IMG/VR virus record: IMGVR_UViG_3300048589_001082 | Location: 1 to 64,000 of that record | Direction: 5' to 3' (one strand) | From: a virus | Length of the DNA stretch: 64,000 nt | Part shown: positions 35,509-45,348 of the stretch, one piece after another | Numbering within the stretch: position 1 is the stretch's first letter | How the letters are laid out: each line of letters begins with the position of its first letter | The notes under the pieces: model-generated | Told to the model about the DNA's origin: nothing | The model's input: the letters and a program-made list of their open reading frames with translations, nothing else | Database searches by the model: none | Position numbers and translations under genes: made by a program

Positions 35509-35727
35509 TCACCGGGCGGCCGACCGGGGCGCGGCGCGGCCGTCCGGGGTGGAGGGGGGCGGCTGACCGGCGCGGGCGCGGACGGCCGTCTCGATGTCGT
35601 CGGCGGCGCGGGCGGCCGTCTCGGCCGACCACCGGTAGCGGTTCATCAGCACGTCCAGCACGGCCGCCCGGTAGATGGCGGCCAGCCCGCGCACCAGGGC
35701 GTTGCGGTTCTGTTCTTCCTGTGTCAT
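35509..35727 (-). CDS. Hypothetical protein
   Basis: Start MTQEEQ, GGGAG RBS; shares L..RY.WS.E.AA with 38288..38536. Confidence 0.6.
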   Translation of the reverse strand: MTQEEQNRNALVRGLAAIYRAAVLDVLMNRYRWSAETAARAADDIETAVRARAGQPPPSTPDGRAAPRSAAR

Positions 35728-35772
35728 GGCTCCCCTATTCCCTGCGGTCATTCCTGCGGCCGTTGGTCGCGT

Positions 35773-36012
35773 CTACTGTTCGACCTTGCCCAGTGGCCGG
35801 AACGACCAGTCAACAAGCCCTTTCTCGTCCACCGTCAGGATGACCTCCCACCGCCCCGGCGTCAGGGCGGCCACGCGGCGGCCGAACTTCGCCATCTGGG
35901 TCGCCCTGTCGCGTCCGGCGGCGGGGGTGGTCGACCGGGGCGCGGCCGGCGCGTGGTTGACCGGCACAACACGCCCGGCGATCTCGTCGTCCAGCGCGTC
36001 ACCCACCGTCAT
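35773..36012 (-). CDS. Hypothetical protein, 79 aa
   Basis: ORF track; gene packing. Confidence 0.6.
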   Translation of the reverse strand: MTVGDALDDEIAGRVVPVNHAPAAPRSTTPAAGRDRATQMAKFGRRVAALTPGRWEVILTVDEKGLVDWSFRPLGKVEQ

Positions 36013-36208
36013 TCAGCCCCGGCCCGGCCACGAGCGCCGCCAGTTGCGCGGCCAGATCGACCAGAGCGCGGGTTTCGCCTCCGGCCGCCTCCGGCGACGC
36101 CTCGCCCCCGTAGCGCAGCTCCACGGCCGCGGCCAACTCGGCCAGCAACCGGCGCACCTCGGCCAGCGCCGCCGCCTGTCGCTCCACCGCTGTTTTCTCG
36201 CCCGCCAT
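35999..36208 (-). CDS. Hypothetical protein
   Basis: Start MAGEKT with GGGAG RBS. Confidence 0.5.
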   Translation of the reverse strand: MAGEKTAVERQAAALAEVRRLLAELAAAVELRYGGEASPEAAGGETRALVDLAAQLAALVAGPGLNDGG

Positions 36209-36215
36209 AGCTCCC

Positions 36216-37790
36216 CTACTCCCCGAAGATTTCCTCGGCGGTGACGACCCTGGCCGCCCCGGCCTTCGGCCGCGACCGCTCGGCCCGCGCCAGTCGCGCG
36301 AACGCGCCCGACGAGGCGTCCACGGCGTCCTTGACGGCCCCACCGGGGAAGGCCGCCAGGATGTCCAGATAGTCCCGGTTCCACGGCCCGGCGACGAGCT
36401 TCACCCGCCCCACCGACGCCTGCGCCGCCAGCGGCTCGGCCCGCAGCGTCTTGTCGCCGGTCGGCCGGTCGGCCGCCACCCGATACCCCGACAGCGAGGC
36501 GATGGTGTTCTCGGCCGACTCCTTGCCGCCCGAACCCGGCTCCTGTTCGGCCACCGTCTCCACGTCATACCCCCAGGCGGCGAAGTCGGCCGCGGCCGTC
36601 TGCCGGATGACCGCCTCGCGCTCCGGGGCCGTCCACTTGCCCATGACCATGTGGCTGACGTAGTAGTCGGCGCCGACGCGCACCATCAGGACGCCCACGG
36701 TGTAGGCGCTGCCGGGCGAGCGGCTGCCGGCCTTGTCCCAGTAGCGCACCGCCGCGCGGGCCGTGCCCGGCGCGGTGACGAGGGCGAACGCCTCCGGGCT
36801 GACGACCTCGAACCACTCGCGGCGGAACATGTCCCCCTCCGGGGCGCTCGGCCGCTGCTGGTAGAGGGCCATGAACGACAGGATGCCCTGCTCGACCCGC
36901 TTGGCCTCCAGGGCGGCCACGTCGAAGCGCTCCGGGTTCATCGCCTCGCCCGGCGCGCGGCCCAGCGGGTCGGCCTCGCCCGGCGGCCGTCCAATCCCGG
37001 CGTTGTAGTCGTCGCGCTCTTCCTGGCTCTCGGCCAGGGCGGGGATTCGCAGCACGTGCCACGTCTCTCCGCCCTCGGCCGCTAGAATACGCCCGGCCAA
37101 GTCCATATCCGACCAGCGGGTCATGATGAGGATGACCGCCGGCGGGCGGCCGTCGCGCGGGTGCGGCTCCAGGCGCGTCACCATGTCGTGCGTCCACCAG
37201 TTCCAGGCCCGCTCCTGGTAGGCGTGGCTACGGGCCTCCTCATAGGACTTCACCACGTCATCCAGGATCAGCAGGTTGGAGCCGCGGCCGGTTGCCCCGC
37301 TGCCCACGCCCACCGCCCGCAGGCCCCCGCCCGCGGCCGTCAGCCACTCTTCCACCTGTTGCCGCGCCGGGTTGAGCTTCACCCCGCGCTCGGTGACGAT
37401 GCGGCGCGTCTCCAGGGAGAAGGACTCGGCCAATGACTGGTTATAGCTGCCGATGATGACCCGCGTCAACGGGTCGCGCTCCAGCGCGTAGGCCGGGTAG
37501 CGCACCGTGACCATCTGGGACTTGAAGGAGCGTGGGTGCAGGAAGATCATCAGGCGGGTTATCTCGCCGGACTCCACGCGCTTCAGGTAGCGCCGGATGA
37601 CCTTCAGGTGGCGGTAGTGCCAGGGCCACTCCGGCGAGGCTTGTTTCAGCCAGCGGCCGAAGGGTGGTACGTCCCGCCGTCCGGTGGTGGACTTCAGTTC
37701 GGCCGCGCGCCGGGCGGCCTGAAGGCGGAACGCCTCGAACGCCGCCGGGCTGCCCCAGGCGTCCGGCCGCGCCAGTTGTTCCATGCCCAC
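36216..37790 (-). CDS. terL: Terminase large subunit
   Basis: RLMIFLHPRSFKS (Walker A region), TGRG, LILDD (Walker B), MTRW...DL.G, YQQRP, YWD.A, EQEPGSGGK, GDK..RA.P, D.VDA. Start GTG 37790 or ATG 37784. Confidence 0.93.
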   Translation of the reverse strand: MGMEQLARPDAWGSPAAFEAFRLQAARRAAELKSTTGRRDVPPFGRWLKQASPEWPWHYRHLKVIRRYLKRVESGEITRLMIFLHPRSFKSQMVTVRYPAYALERDPLTRVIIGSYNQSLAESFSLETRRIVTERGVKLNPARQQVEEWLTAAGGGLRAVGVGSGATGRGSNLLILDDVVKSYEEARSHAYQERAWNWWTHDMVTRLEPHPRDGRPPAVILIMTRWSDMDLAGRILAAEGGETWHVLRIPALAESQEERDDYNAGIGRPPGEADPLGRAPGEAMNPERFDVAALEAKRVEQGILSFMALYQQRPSAPEGDMFRREWFEVVSPEAFALVTAPGTARAAVRYWDKAGSRSPGSAYTVGVLMVRVGADYYVSHMVMGKWTAPEREAVIRQTAAADFAAWGYDVETVAEQEPGSGGKESAENTIASLSGYRVAADRPTGDKTLRAEPLAAQASVGRVKLVAGPWNRDYLDILAAFPGGAVKDAVDASSGAFARLARAERSRPKAGAARVVTAEEIFGE

Positions 37791-37795
37791 GGCGG

Positions 37796-38248
37796 CTACT
37801 CGCCCTCGCCCTGCTCCACCAGCCGCCGCACGTCGCCGCGGCCGCCCGGCTCGACCAGCCGCAGCGACGGCCGCCGCGCCGGGTCGTCCGGCGTTGTCAC
37901 CGCATCGCCCTCCGCGTCGGGGGGGATACTCGGCGGAGGTGACGTCAGCGCGCCGGCCGTCTCGTCGCCCTGGGCCTCGACCTCGGCCGCCTGCATCCGC
38001 CCCAGGTGCAGCACGCACTGGCGCAGCCAGTTGGCGACCTCCGGCAGATACCCCCACGTGTTGCAGTAGTCGCGCACATCCTCGGCCGTCAGCCCGCCGA
38101 AGCGCACCGCGTAGGCCAGGGCGTCGGCCGTGGCCGGGTGGTGCTCTTCCAGGTTGGCCCATGACCGCGCGTCCCATGGGGCGAGGGCCGCTTGCAGAAT
38201 CTCGTCCATCTGTTCGCCGGTCAACTGCGCCGGCTGATTGTCGTCCAT
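37796..38248 (-). CDS. Hypothetical protein, 150 aa
   Basis: GAGGAG RBS; immediately upstream of terL. Confidence 0.7.
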   Translation of the reverse strand: MDDNQPAQLTGEQMDEILQAALAPWDARSWANLEEHHPATADALAYAVRFGGLTAEDVRDYCNTWGYLPEVANWLRQCVLHLGRMQAAEVEAQGDETAGALTSPPPSIPPDAEGDAVTTPDDPARRPSLRLVEPGGRGDVRRLVEQGEGE

Positions 38249-38287
38249 GCCGTTACTCCTCTACCGATACTGTTTAGTGTGTCTTGG

Positions 38288-38536
38288 CTACTTGCCCGCC
38301 TTCTGGCGCGGGGCGCGAGCCTCATCGAAGACGCCGTTGATGGTCGCGGCCATCTCGCCCACGATCCCCGGCAGCGCGTCCACGAACTCGGCCGCGGCCT
38401 CGACCGACCAGCCGTAGCGGTCGCGCAGCAGCTTCCCCGCCGCCCCGGCCACCAGCGCGGCGACGTTGTTGGCCATCTCGTGCTGGGCGGCGGTGATGCG
38501 CTTGGCCTTCTTGGGGTGGAAGTTGCGCCTGGTCAC
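38288..38536 (-). CDS. Hypothetical protein, 82 aa
   Basis: GTGA overlap, GGAGG RBS. Confidence 0.65.
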   Translation of the reverse strand: MTRRNFHPKKAKRITAAQHEMANNVAALVAGAAGKLLRDRYGWSVEAAAEFVDALPGIVGEMAATINGVFDEARAPRQKAGK

Positions 38537-39894
38537 TGGCCCACCTCCGGCCGGTAGTCGGCCGCCGTGTCGGCGTCGTCGCCGCGGACGCCCAGGCTCA
38601 CGGAGAAGTCGTACTCGGCCGCGGCGGGTCGCAGGAACAGGGTGCTCATCAACTCGTCCTCGCGCGCCACCAGATCGGCCGCGCGGTCAAGTGCCCGCGC
38701 TGAATAACCATTGTCTATGTACATCTGACGCATCTTAACGTAGTGGCGCAGTACCTCAAACAGCCCGCTCGCCGCTTTACAGTCACTATCGCTCACGCCG
38801 AACGCCATGACTGACGAGATGCCTTGGGCCCGCGCGCACCACACCTGCGCATCCTCGTCCCACCAGATAACAATCTCGCTCTCGGCCGCGTCGGGAATAT
38901 CCTCAACACCATCCTCGAAGGGGGGTAGGCGGACGCCGGGGCCGGGGAAGCCGTCCATCTCCAGCGTCTCGACTGTAATCTCCACGCCATCGACCATCAC
39001 CCGTGCTTCAGGCAATTCGTCGTTCTCCGCATCGCCATCCCTGAGCGGCGCGAAGGTGATGACGAGCTGGCCACCGTGCAGCATCGCCTTCAGCAAGGCG
39101 TCCACATGCCGGCGGGCCGCGTCGTCCATCTGGCGGCGAATCTCGGCCATGAGGGGCGAGGACGCCACGTGGCGATCCACGGCCGCCTGGACTTCCGCCC
39201 GTTCCACCTCGGCGCGGTGGGCGGTCACGTCGGCCGCCGCGCTCTTGCGCTCAATCTCTTCTCTCGCGGCGGACATCTCTTCGGCAAACCTGTCCGTCTC
39301 GGCCCACCGCGCCACGTCAGCGCGGAAGGCGTCGAACCCGGCGATGCTATCCCTTATCAACAGGAAGCCGGACGACTCCAGCGACCCCAGCCCGCGGCCG
39401 TCGGCCGGCGGAGTTTCACCCCTGCGCAACTCCCCCGCCCGCTCGGCCGCCTCGGCGCGGAAGGCGTCGAACGCCTCGGCGCGGCCCCACGCGGCCGGGT
39501 CGCCCAGCGCCGCCAGACGACTACCACCGGCGGCCGCATCAAGTCGCGCCTCTTCGGTCGCCTCCAGGGCGCTGACCGGCGACGCGCCGACCGCGTTGCC
39601 GTCCACCCACACATCCACGCCCAGCGCCGCCAGCTGCGTCGCCAGTTGCTCGTTGGTCCTCTGTAGCCGCGCGTTCTCCGCGACCAGGGCCACACCCTCA
39701 TCGGAGAGCCGCTGCACGGCCGCGGCCAGCACGCGGATGTAGCCCGACGCCGGGCCATGGTCGGCCGCGTCCAGGGCATCGGCGTTGACGACGAAGCGGT
39801 TCGCGGCCGCGCTGCGCCGCCACTCCGCCAGGCGCTCGGACATCTCCGGGCTATCCACCCCTCCCAACACTGTCTCGATCTGTTCCTCGCTCAT
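38533..39894 (-). CDS. Coiled-coil protein with C-terminal HicB/DUF1902-like segment
   Basis: Start MSEEQI; IWWDEDAQVWCA....I..V.AFG resembles the HicB N-terminal fold. Confidence 0.6.
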   Translation of the reverse strand: MSEEQIETVLGGVDSPEMSERLAEWRRSAAANRFVVNADALDAADHGPASGYIRVLAAAVQRLSDEGVALVAENARLQRTNEQLATQLAALGVDVWVDGNAVGASPVSALEATEEARLDAAAGGSRLAALGDPAAWGRAEAFDAFRAEAAERAGELRRGETPPADGRGLGSLESSGFLLIRDSIAGFDAFRADVARWAETDRFAEEMSAAREEIERKSAAADVTAHRAEVERAEVQAAVDRHVASSPLMAEIRRQMDDAARRHVDALLKAMLHGGQLVITFAPLRDGDAENDELPEARVMVDGVEITVETLEMDGFPGPGVRLPPFEDGVEDIPDAAESEIVIWWDEDAQVWCARAQGISSVMAFGVSDSDCKAASGLFEVLRHYVKMRQMYIDNGYSARALDRAADLVAREDELMSTLFLRPAAAEYDFSVSLGVRGDDADTAADYRPEVGQ

Positions 39895-39926
39895 TGTGTC
39901 TCCCTCGTCGCGCCACGTGGCGCTAT

Positions 39927-40229
39927 CTACTCTTCTTCGCTGTCGTCGAACGCGCCCCACCCGAAGATGGTTGCACTCCGCTCGGTCGCGGCAAGTCGGG
40001 ACCTGAGTTCCGCGATCTGGGCCTCAGCCCTGGCCCGCGTGTCACGCTGCGCATCAAATAGGGCGTCCTCGTCGGTCTGGTACAACTCGGCAATGAGCGC
40101 GAGCGTCACAATCGGCCGCCCGGTCTGGTCGTGCCGGTATTCGACTGACTGCACGCCATCCAGCCGTATGTGATTAAGCGTGACGGTGCCGATCCCATAA
40201 TCGTCCGTCTGTATAGTGACCTTGTTCAC
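39927..40229 (-). CDS. Hypothetical protein, 100 aa
   Basis: ORF track; GGGAG RBS. Confidence 0.6.
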   Translation of the reverse strand: MNKVTIQTDDYGIGTVTLNHIRLDGVQSVEYRHDQTGRPIVTLALIAELYQTDEDALFDAQRDTRARAEAQIAELRSRLAATERSATIFGWGAFDDSEEE

Positions 40230-40296
40230 TCATCTCTCCCTTGCCGATTAGTTTACCCGCCACTCCAGCGGGCACGTCAGCAGACTGAGCGTGGGG

Positions 40297-40926
40297 CTAC
40301 TCCTCTTCGTCGGTCGCGGGCGTCCTGTCCCACTCGGCCGCGGTGATGGTCACGTCTGTGGGGTACGCTTCGGTGTAGAAGCCGGTCTTGGCCGGCGTGG
40401 GGCGCGGCTCCTCAGTTGCCGTCGCCTCGCGTCCCATGGCCGGCCACGTTCCCGTGTGCAGCGCCTTCAGCCACGGCTCCCAGTCACCGCCCGACCATTC
40501 GGGTGTAACGGTGGCCCTGGCCTCGGCCGGCCGGAACCCGCCGTAGACCTGAAGCTCGCGCTCTCGCGCCCGCGCCGCGGCCAGCTCGGCCGCCAGTTGC
40601 CCTTCCAGTTCGTCGGCGCGTTTGTTGGCCCGCTGCAACTCGTCCATCAGGTAGTCGATGACCCGCAGCAGCAGCGGCGCGGTGGCCTCGTCGGCCGCGC
40701 GGGCCGGGTCGGGCGCGCGGGCCGGGTCGGGCGCGTCATCCTCGTCGTAGTCGTCATAGTCGTCCTGGTCGATGCGGGCGACCGGCCCCGCTTCGGTCAG
40801 CATGGCTTCGAAGGCGTACCGCCGCCCGTCGAGTTCGATCTCGGCGTTGTACGGGCGGCCGACTTCCAGACCGCCGCTGGTCTGGATGGTAATCTCACGA
40901 ACAAGGGGGCGAGCAGTCTTAATCAT
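40297..40926 (-). CDS. Hypothetical protein
   Basis: Start MIKTAR, GAGGA RBS; acidic linker, 18-bp tandem duplication at 40697-40732, coiled coil. Confidence 0.65.
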   Translation of the reverse strand: MIKTARPLVREITIQTSGGLEVGRPYNAEIELDGRRYAFEAMLTEAGPVARIDQDDYDDYDEDDAPDPARAPDPARAADEATAPLLLRVIDYLMDELQRANKRADELEGQLAAELAAARARERELQVYGGFRPAEARATVTPEWSGGDWEPWLKALHTGTWPAMGREATATEEPRPTPAKTGFYTEAYPTDVTITAAEWDRTPATDEEE

Positions 40927-41224
40927 TGCCACGTTCCTCTTCCCCCTCGGCCGCGGCGCGGGCCTCGTTTGCAACCCCGGCCGCGTCCATGATGCTTTTC
41001 GCCACATAGTTCGCCCAGGCCCAAGCGCTCGGCGGCAGGGTGAAGCCCACGCTGAAGCCGTTTATCCCCAGCGACTCGACCTGAGCAGTCGTCGCCGGCG
41101 CGTCGCTCAGGTGGCCCAGAGTCACTTCGGCCGTGTCGGCCAGTCGCACCTCGCGGCCGTCTTCGGTGATGAGGGTAATATCCCGCAGGGTTATGATGCG
41201 CTCTTGCCTCCGTACTGCCGCCAC
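40919..41224 (-). CDS. Hypothetical protein, 101 aa
   Basis: GGAGG RBS before GTG. Confidence 0.55.
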   Translation of the reverse strand: MAAVRRQERIITLRDITLITEDGREVRLADTAEVTLGHLSDAPATTAQVESLGINGFSVGFTLPPSAWAWANYVAKSIMDAAGVANEARAAAEGEEERGND

Positions 41225-41754
41225 AGCCTCCGCAGCAGCGGCCGTATGTTATGGCCCTCGTAAGGGTCTTTCTTCGTGCGAAGGTACTCCGGCGGGTAGC
41301 GCTCCACATCCACCGTTTCGGAGTAGTAGCCGTTGCTCGACCCCCACCAGCGCATGGTGACATAGACCCCGGCGTCGGTCGCCAGCTTGTAGAACGTCCA
41401 CGTCTCCGACGACTCCGCGCGCGGGTCGTTGTGGTTGTTGTTACTGACTTCCTCGGCCGACACCACCCGGCCGCCGACCAGCGCCGACAACTCAGTATCC
41501 ACCTCTTCCAGATAGACCGACTCGCTGCACGTCTGGTCGTGGTACACGCGCCAGATGGCCCGGTCGGTGACGAAGTAGACAACCTGCACCTGGCCGTACT
41601 CGTTGGCCTCAGCCTCGACGCCGAGCACCGTCTCGCCCACCATGCCGGAGATGTCGGCCGTCGGGTCGGGCGAAGGGTCGGGCCGCTCGCCCCCTGCCAG
41701 GCCCAGCCCTTTCAACAGCGCATAGAACTCGCCGGCGGTCGGCTCGTTACTCAT
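41191..41754 (-). CDS. Conserved phage protein (DUF7448-like)
   Basis: YH.Q.C.ESV, TWTFYKLAT, RW.G.SNGYYSE motifs. Confidence 0.7.
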   Translation of the reverse strand: MSNEPTAGEFYALLKGLGLAGGERPDPSPDPTADISGMVGETVLGVEAEANEYGQVQVVYFVTDRAIWRVYHDQTCSESVYLEEVDTELSALVGGRVVSAEEVSNNNHNDPRAESSETWTFYKLATDAGVYVTMRWWGSSNGYYSETVDVERYPPEYLRTKKDPYEGHNIRPLLRRLWRQYGGKSAS

Positions 41755-42232
41755 CATCGTCAGTGTCCTCGCCATCCCAATCTTCATACCAGTCGTCGGC
41801 GTCGTCGGTGTCGCCGTCGTCATCCTCCACGATGCCGCGCAGAAACCACCACCGGCGCAGCTCCCATAGCATCATAGAGGCCATCTGCCTGAGGGCAGAG
41901 CCTGCCGACTGGCGGCCGTCGGCCACACGCTGGCTCGTCAGGATAATCGCCTGCGCCTGTCGGGGCAGATGGTTGAACCACGGCCGGGCATGCCACTTGT
42001 CGTAGACATGAAACAGGTACTCGATCCCGCCCTCGGTCGCCTGTATCCCGGACAAAACCCCATCGACAATCGCCTGACCAAACATCATCCACTCCAGCGA
42101 TTGCGATGGGTTGAAGATCGACGCCGGCGGCTCGAAGCGGTCGGCCCATGCCGCCTCGACGCGCGCGAGCTGGGCCGATAACTCATCGGCCTGCCGGTAG
42201 AAGTCGCTCTGGAAGAAGAGGGAGGTGTTCAC
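41747..42232 (-). CDS. Hypothetical protein
   Basis: GTGA-coupled start MNTSLF; acidic C-terminus. Confidence 0.55.
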   Translation of the reverse strand: MNTSLFFQSDFYRQADELSAQLARVEAAWADRFEPPASIFNPSQSLEWMMFGQAIVDGVLSGIQATEGGIEYLFHVYDKWHARPWFNHLPRQAQAIILTSQRVADGRQSAGSALRQMASMMLWELRRWWFLRGIVEDDDGDTDDADDWYEDWDGEDTDDDE

Positions 42233-42924
42233 CCAGCCCCCTGGGCCCACGGCCGCGTCACCACATCCTCCGGGTAGCCAAGCCCCCGCAGGATGTCGCG
42301 CACGAAAGCCGCGGTGCGCGAGTGCAACCGGATGCGCCCCATGTTCTCCGCGAGCCACTTGGTCATGTCCCACGACCCGGTGTAGGCCATGCTGCTGCCC
42401 ATCCAGTCGGCCACCATCTCCAGGGCGTACCGGCGCGGCATCTCTACCGCCCCGGCCTCCACGTTGCTGCCCTTCGGGCTGAAGCCGTCGGCAAACAGCC
42501 AGTGGTTCCAATGGTGCGGATTTTGGTGAATGTGGTGCAACCACGCGGCGGCGAACCGATCGGGGTTGGGCTTGCCGCCGTGGAAGTGCTCGGCGTAGGC
42601 CGGGAACTCGGCGTCGGAGAACTTGCTCTGGTCATGGAACCTGAGTTGCTGTTCGTCCACGCCCAGCTTGCGCCCGGCCTCCTGCACACTGCGGATGTGC
42701 AAGACCAGGCTCTCCAGATAGGCGGCCGTCCACGAGGGAGCGTAGGGGAACATCACCGCGCGGAATGCGGCCAACGCCTCCGGGTCACTGATGTCCACGA
42801 AGCGCGTGATAACGGCGCGCGAGATGTTCCATGCCGCGCGACCCGCCCCCGGCACGTCCACACCGTCCAGCACGTCGCTGAAGGGGACGCCTTGAATCTC
42901 CTGTCCGTTGTAAGTGACTTGCAT
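42229..42924 (-). CDS. DUF5662 family (HD-like) protein, 231 aa
   Basis: H...V, HD.SK, H...NPHHW, MP....EM.ADW. Confidence 0.8.
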   Translation of the reverse strand: MQVTYNGQEIQGVPFSDVLDGVDVPGAGRAAWNISRAVITRFVDISDPEALAAFRAVMFPYAPSWTAAYLESLVLHIRSVQEAGRKLGVDEQQLRFHDQSKFSDAEFPAYAEHFHGGKPNPDRFAAAWLHHIHQNPHHWNHWLFADGFSPKGSNVEAGAVEMPRRYALEMVADWMGSSMAYTGSWDMTKWLAENMGRIRLHSRTAAFVRDILRGLGYPEDVVTRPWAQGAG

Positions 42925-42949
42925 ACTACGATTCCCTCTTTTCGACCCG

Positions 42950-43792
42950 CTACGCGACGGCCGGCTCCGGCCGCCAGTCCGCCGTAGCGCGGCGCGTCCG
43001 GGAAGTCATGATCTCGTCGCGCACGGCCGCCACGGCCTCTTCCACCGTCTCGGCGGTCAACTTCCTGATGGTGATCTCGTCGTTGTACATGATGTAGTCG
43101 TCGCTGTCGCCCAGCGGCGGCACGGGGATGCCACTGCCCTTGTCCGCAGGGTTGCCGTGTCCGTCGAGCAGCACGACCATAGCCCACGTCTCGACGCCCG
43201 ACCGGCCGCCGCGCGGTCGCGCCCACGGCCGCCGGCTCAACTCCACCCTGGCCGGGTAGTCGCCTTCCGGCATGGGGATAACGGTTTCATGGACGGCGGT
43301 CTCTACCGGCTCGAATACCTGGCGGCCGAACAGTACGTCCCTGATGGAGAAAGAGATAAACCAGAACCACAGGCCAATGTAGACGCGGTCGCCCCCGCCC
43401 ACGCTGAACATCAGGGAGCGCTGTCCATGCCGGCCGCCTTGGGCCAGACGCCGCACCAACCGGCCGAGCCGCCCGGAAGGGAATATCGACAGGCTGACCG
43501 TAGCCGCCAGCGGCACGGCCACGAAGAGATGCGCGTCGCCCTCGTCGGCCGAGCCGATATTGAAACTGGCATCGGCGAACAGGTCGCGGTTGCGCCACGT
43601 CGACAGGCTGACGCCGACGATCTGCCGCTCGAACTCGCCGTACTCGTCGCGCCCCATCAGGAAGAAGCACTGCTCGTAGCTGGACAGGTCGCCGCGGAAG
43701 GTCAGCAGTTGCCAGCGGCCGAGTGCCCGCTTCCGGCGCGTTGTGTTGAGCCAATCAGCCCGTTTCTTGGGATTCCACATAGTGGTGTTCAT
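42950..43792 (-). CDS. Hypothetical protein, 280 aa
   Basis: ORF track; ..MPEG.YPA motif. Confidence 0.65.
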   Translation of the reverse strand: MNTTMWNPKKRADWLNTTRRKRALGRWQLLTFRGDLSSYEQCFFLMGRDEYGEFERQIVGVSLSTWRNRDLFADASFNIGSADEGDAHLFVAVPLAATVSLSIFPSGRLGRLVRRLAQGGRHGQRSLMFSVGGGDRVYIGLWFWFISFSIRDVLFGRQVFEPVETAVHETVIPMPEGDYPARVELSRRPWARPRGGRSGVETWAMVVLLDGHGNPADKGSGIPVPPLGDSDDYIMYNDEITIRKLTAETVEEAVAAVRDEIMTSRTRRATADWRPEPAVA

Positions 43793-43818
43793 GCCTTACC
43801 TGTTTCCTTGCCGCGCGG

Positions 43819-44601
43819 CTACTCGGCGCGACCGTCCTTGCCCTGCCGCTGGCCGACCGCCTCGCCCAGCAAACCGCCGTCCACCAGCTTCTGGAGCAGG
43901 TCTGGCGGCAGTGGCGTAGGCGTGATGGTCACGGTGTGCTGAACCGGCTGGTGGCCGCTGCCCTCGAAGTACTCCACCCGCTTGATGGTGCGGCCGTCCT
44001 CGTGGTACTCGATGGACTTGACCTGGGGGCACTCCTCGTGCCGGTGGTTCGCCCCACAGCGCGGGCAGAGGGTGGCGACGTACCACGCCGATGATGGCGC
44101 GGGCGTCGATAACCCCGGCAATCCCCCGGATGGGGGAACAACCGTGCCTGGAGCGACCAGATAGCCGGGGTAGACGGCGCCTGACGTAGTGGACGAGGCC
44201 GCGGCTCCCGCCGGGTTCCACCGCAACGCCGACCAATCAAACGGCGCGGCCCGCCACTCCTCCAACGCCGCCTCATCGGCCGCCGCCGTGTGGTACTCCG
44301 CCATGATCTCGGCCAACGGCTCCCAAACGGCCGCGGCCTTCTCGGTCAGGTCAAGGATAGCGCGGGCGGCGGCCAGGTCTTCGGTCAACTGCTCCACCTG
44401 TTGCACGAGCCGGGCGTTGCAGGCCGTCGCATCGACCGCGCGGCTCTCGGCCGCCTCCAGCCTCGCCTTTAGTGCGGCGACGCAGTAGGAGCGGTCGGCG
44501 TGCGTACACACCACGCTATACACCGGATCGTCTACCGCGTGGAGGAACCCTGCTTCCCCCGGTCGTATCTCTGCCTTACACTCGGAACAATATCGGGGCA
44601 T
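43819..44601 (-). CDS. Hypothetical Zn-finger/coiled-coil protein
   Basis: CSEC, CPRCG..H...CP..K.IEY..DG..IKRVEY. Confidence 0.65.
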   Translation of the reverse strand: MPRYCSECKAEIRPGEAGFLHAVDDPVYSVVCTHADRSYCVAALKARLEAAESRAVDATACNARLVQQVEQLTEDLAAARAILDLTEKAAAVWEPLAEIMAEYHTAAADEAALEEWRAAPFDWSALRWNPAGAAASSTTSGAVYPGYLVAPGTVVPPSGGLPGLSTPAPSSAWYVATLCPRCGANHRHEECPQVKSIEYHEDGRTIKRVEYFEGSGHQPVQHTVTITPTPLPPDLLQKLVDGGLLGEAVGQRQGKDGRAE

Positions 44602-44616
44602 GGTGCGCCTCACGGG

Positions 44617-45348
44617 CTACTCGTCATCCTCTTCGTCATCCCCGGCCGTGGCCTCAGCCGCCAGCAGCCGCGCCCAGCTCTCCATCGCCGCCTCGGCCTG
44701 GGCCGGGGTGATGCCGTCGGGCAGGTGCTCCGTCCAGTCCACCACGGCCACTTCGTGACGGCCGCCGGGGGCCATGTCCAGCGACAGCCGCGTCAGCTTC
44801 GATGCCGCGTCGGCAATGCGCGGCAGGTCGGCCAGCGTCCACCGCGCCGGTTTCCACGTCACCTCGCGCCCCTCGGCGTCGGTGACTTCGACTTCCCACA
44901 GCGGCGAGCCGACCATCTGCAAGGCCATCTGGAACATGCCCGCGCCGATGGCGTGTTCGGCCTGGCGCAACTTGTCCACGCGCTCATTGAAGTCGGCCGC
45001 CGCCTTGCGCGCCGTGGCCCCCGCCGACCAGCGCTTGTACAGGGCAATGAGGTGCTCCAGCACGCTGCGGAACTCCTCGCCGTGATACCAGCTCTTGTCG
45101 CCGCCGTAGAAGATGCGCTGCGAGACCGTGTCCTTGCGACCGAAGACGTTCATGCGCGATGCCTCGGTCAACCCCACCTCGGCCAGCGCCAGCGCCGTCC
45201 GGCGACGCTTCTCCAGGGGCGGCAGCGTCAGCCGGTTCAGTTGCGACTCGACGGCCGTGTGGAAGTCGTCGTCGCTGCCCAGCGCCAGACCGGCGGCCCA
45301 CTGCTCGGCCCGCCGCCTGATCTCCGCCCCCTGCTCAGTCGTGATCAT
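44617..45348 (-). CDS. Terminase small subunit-like protein
   Basis: Start MITTEQ; HTH-like N-half, long helices, KPARWT..D..R....SKL.RL; tentative function. Confidence 0.45.
   Translation of the reverse strand: MITTEQGAEIRRRAEQWAAGLALGSDDDFHTAVESQLNRLTLPPLEKRRRTALALAEVGLTEASRMNVFGRKDTVSQRIFYGGDKSWYHGEEFRSVLEHLIALYKRWSAGATARKAAADFNERVDKLRQAEHAIGAGMFQMALQMVGSPLWEVEVTDAEGREVTWKPARWTLADLPRIADAASKLTRLSLDMAPGGRHEVAVVDWTEHLPDGITPAQAEAAMESWARLLAAEATAGDDEEDDE

Noticed and set aside
40697-40732. 18-bp tandem duplication
   Set aside because: In-frame slippage duplication (PDPARA x2) in a low-complexity linker.
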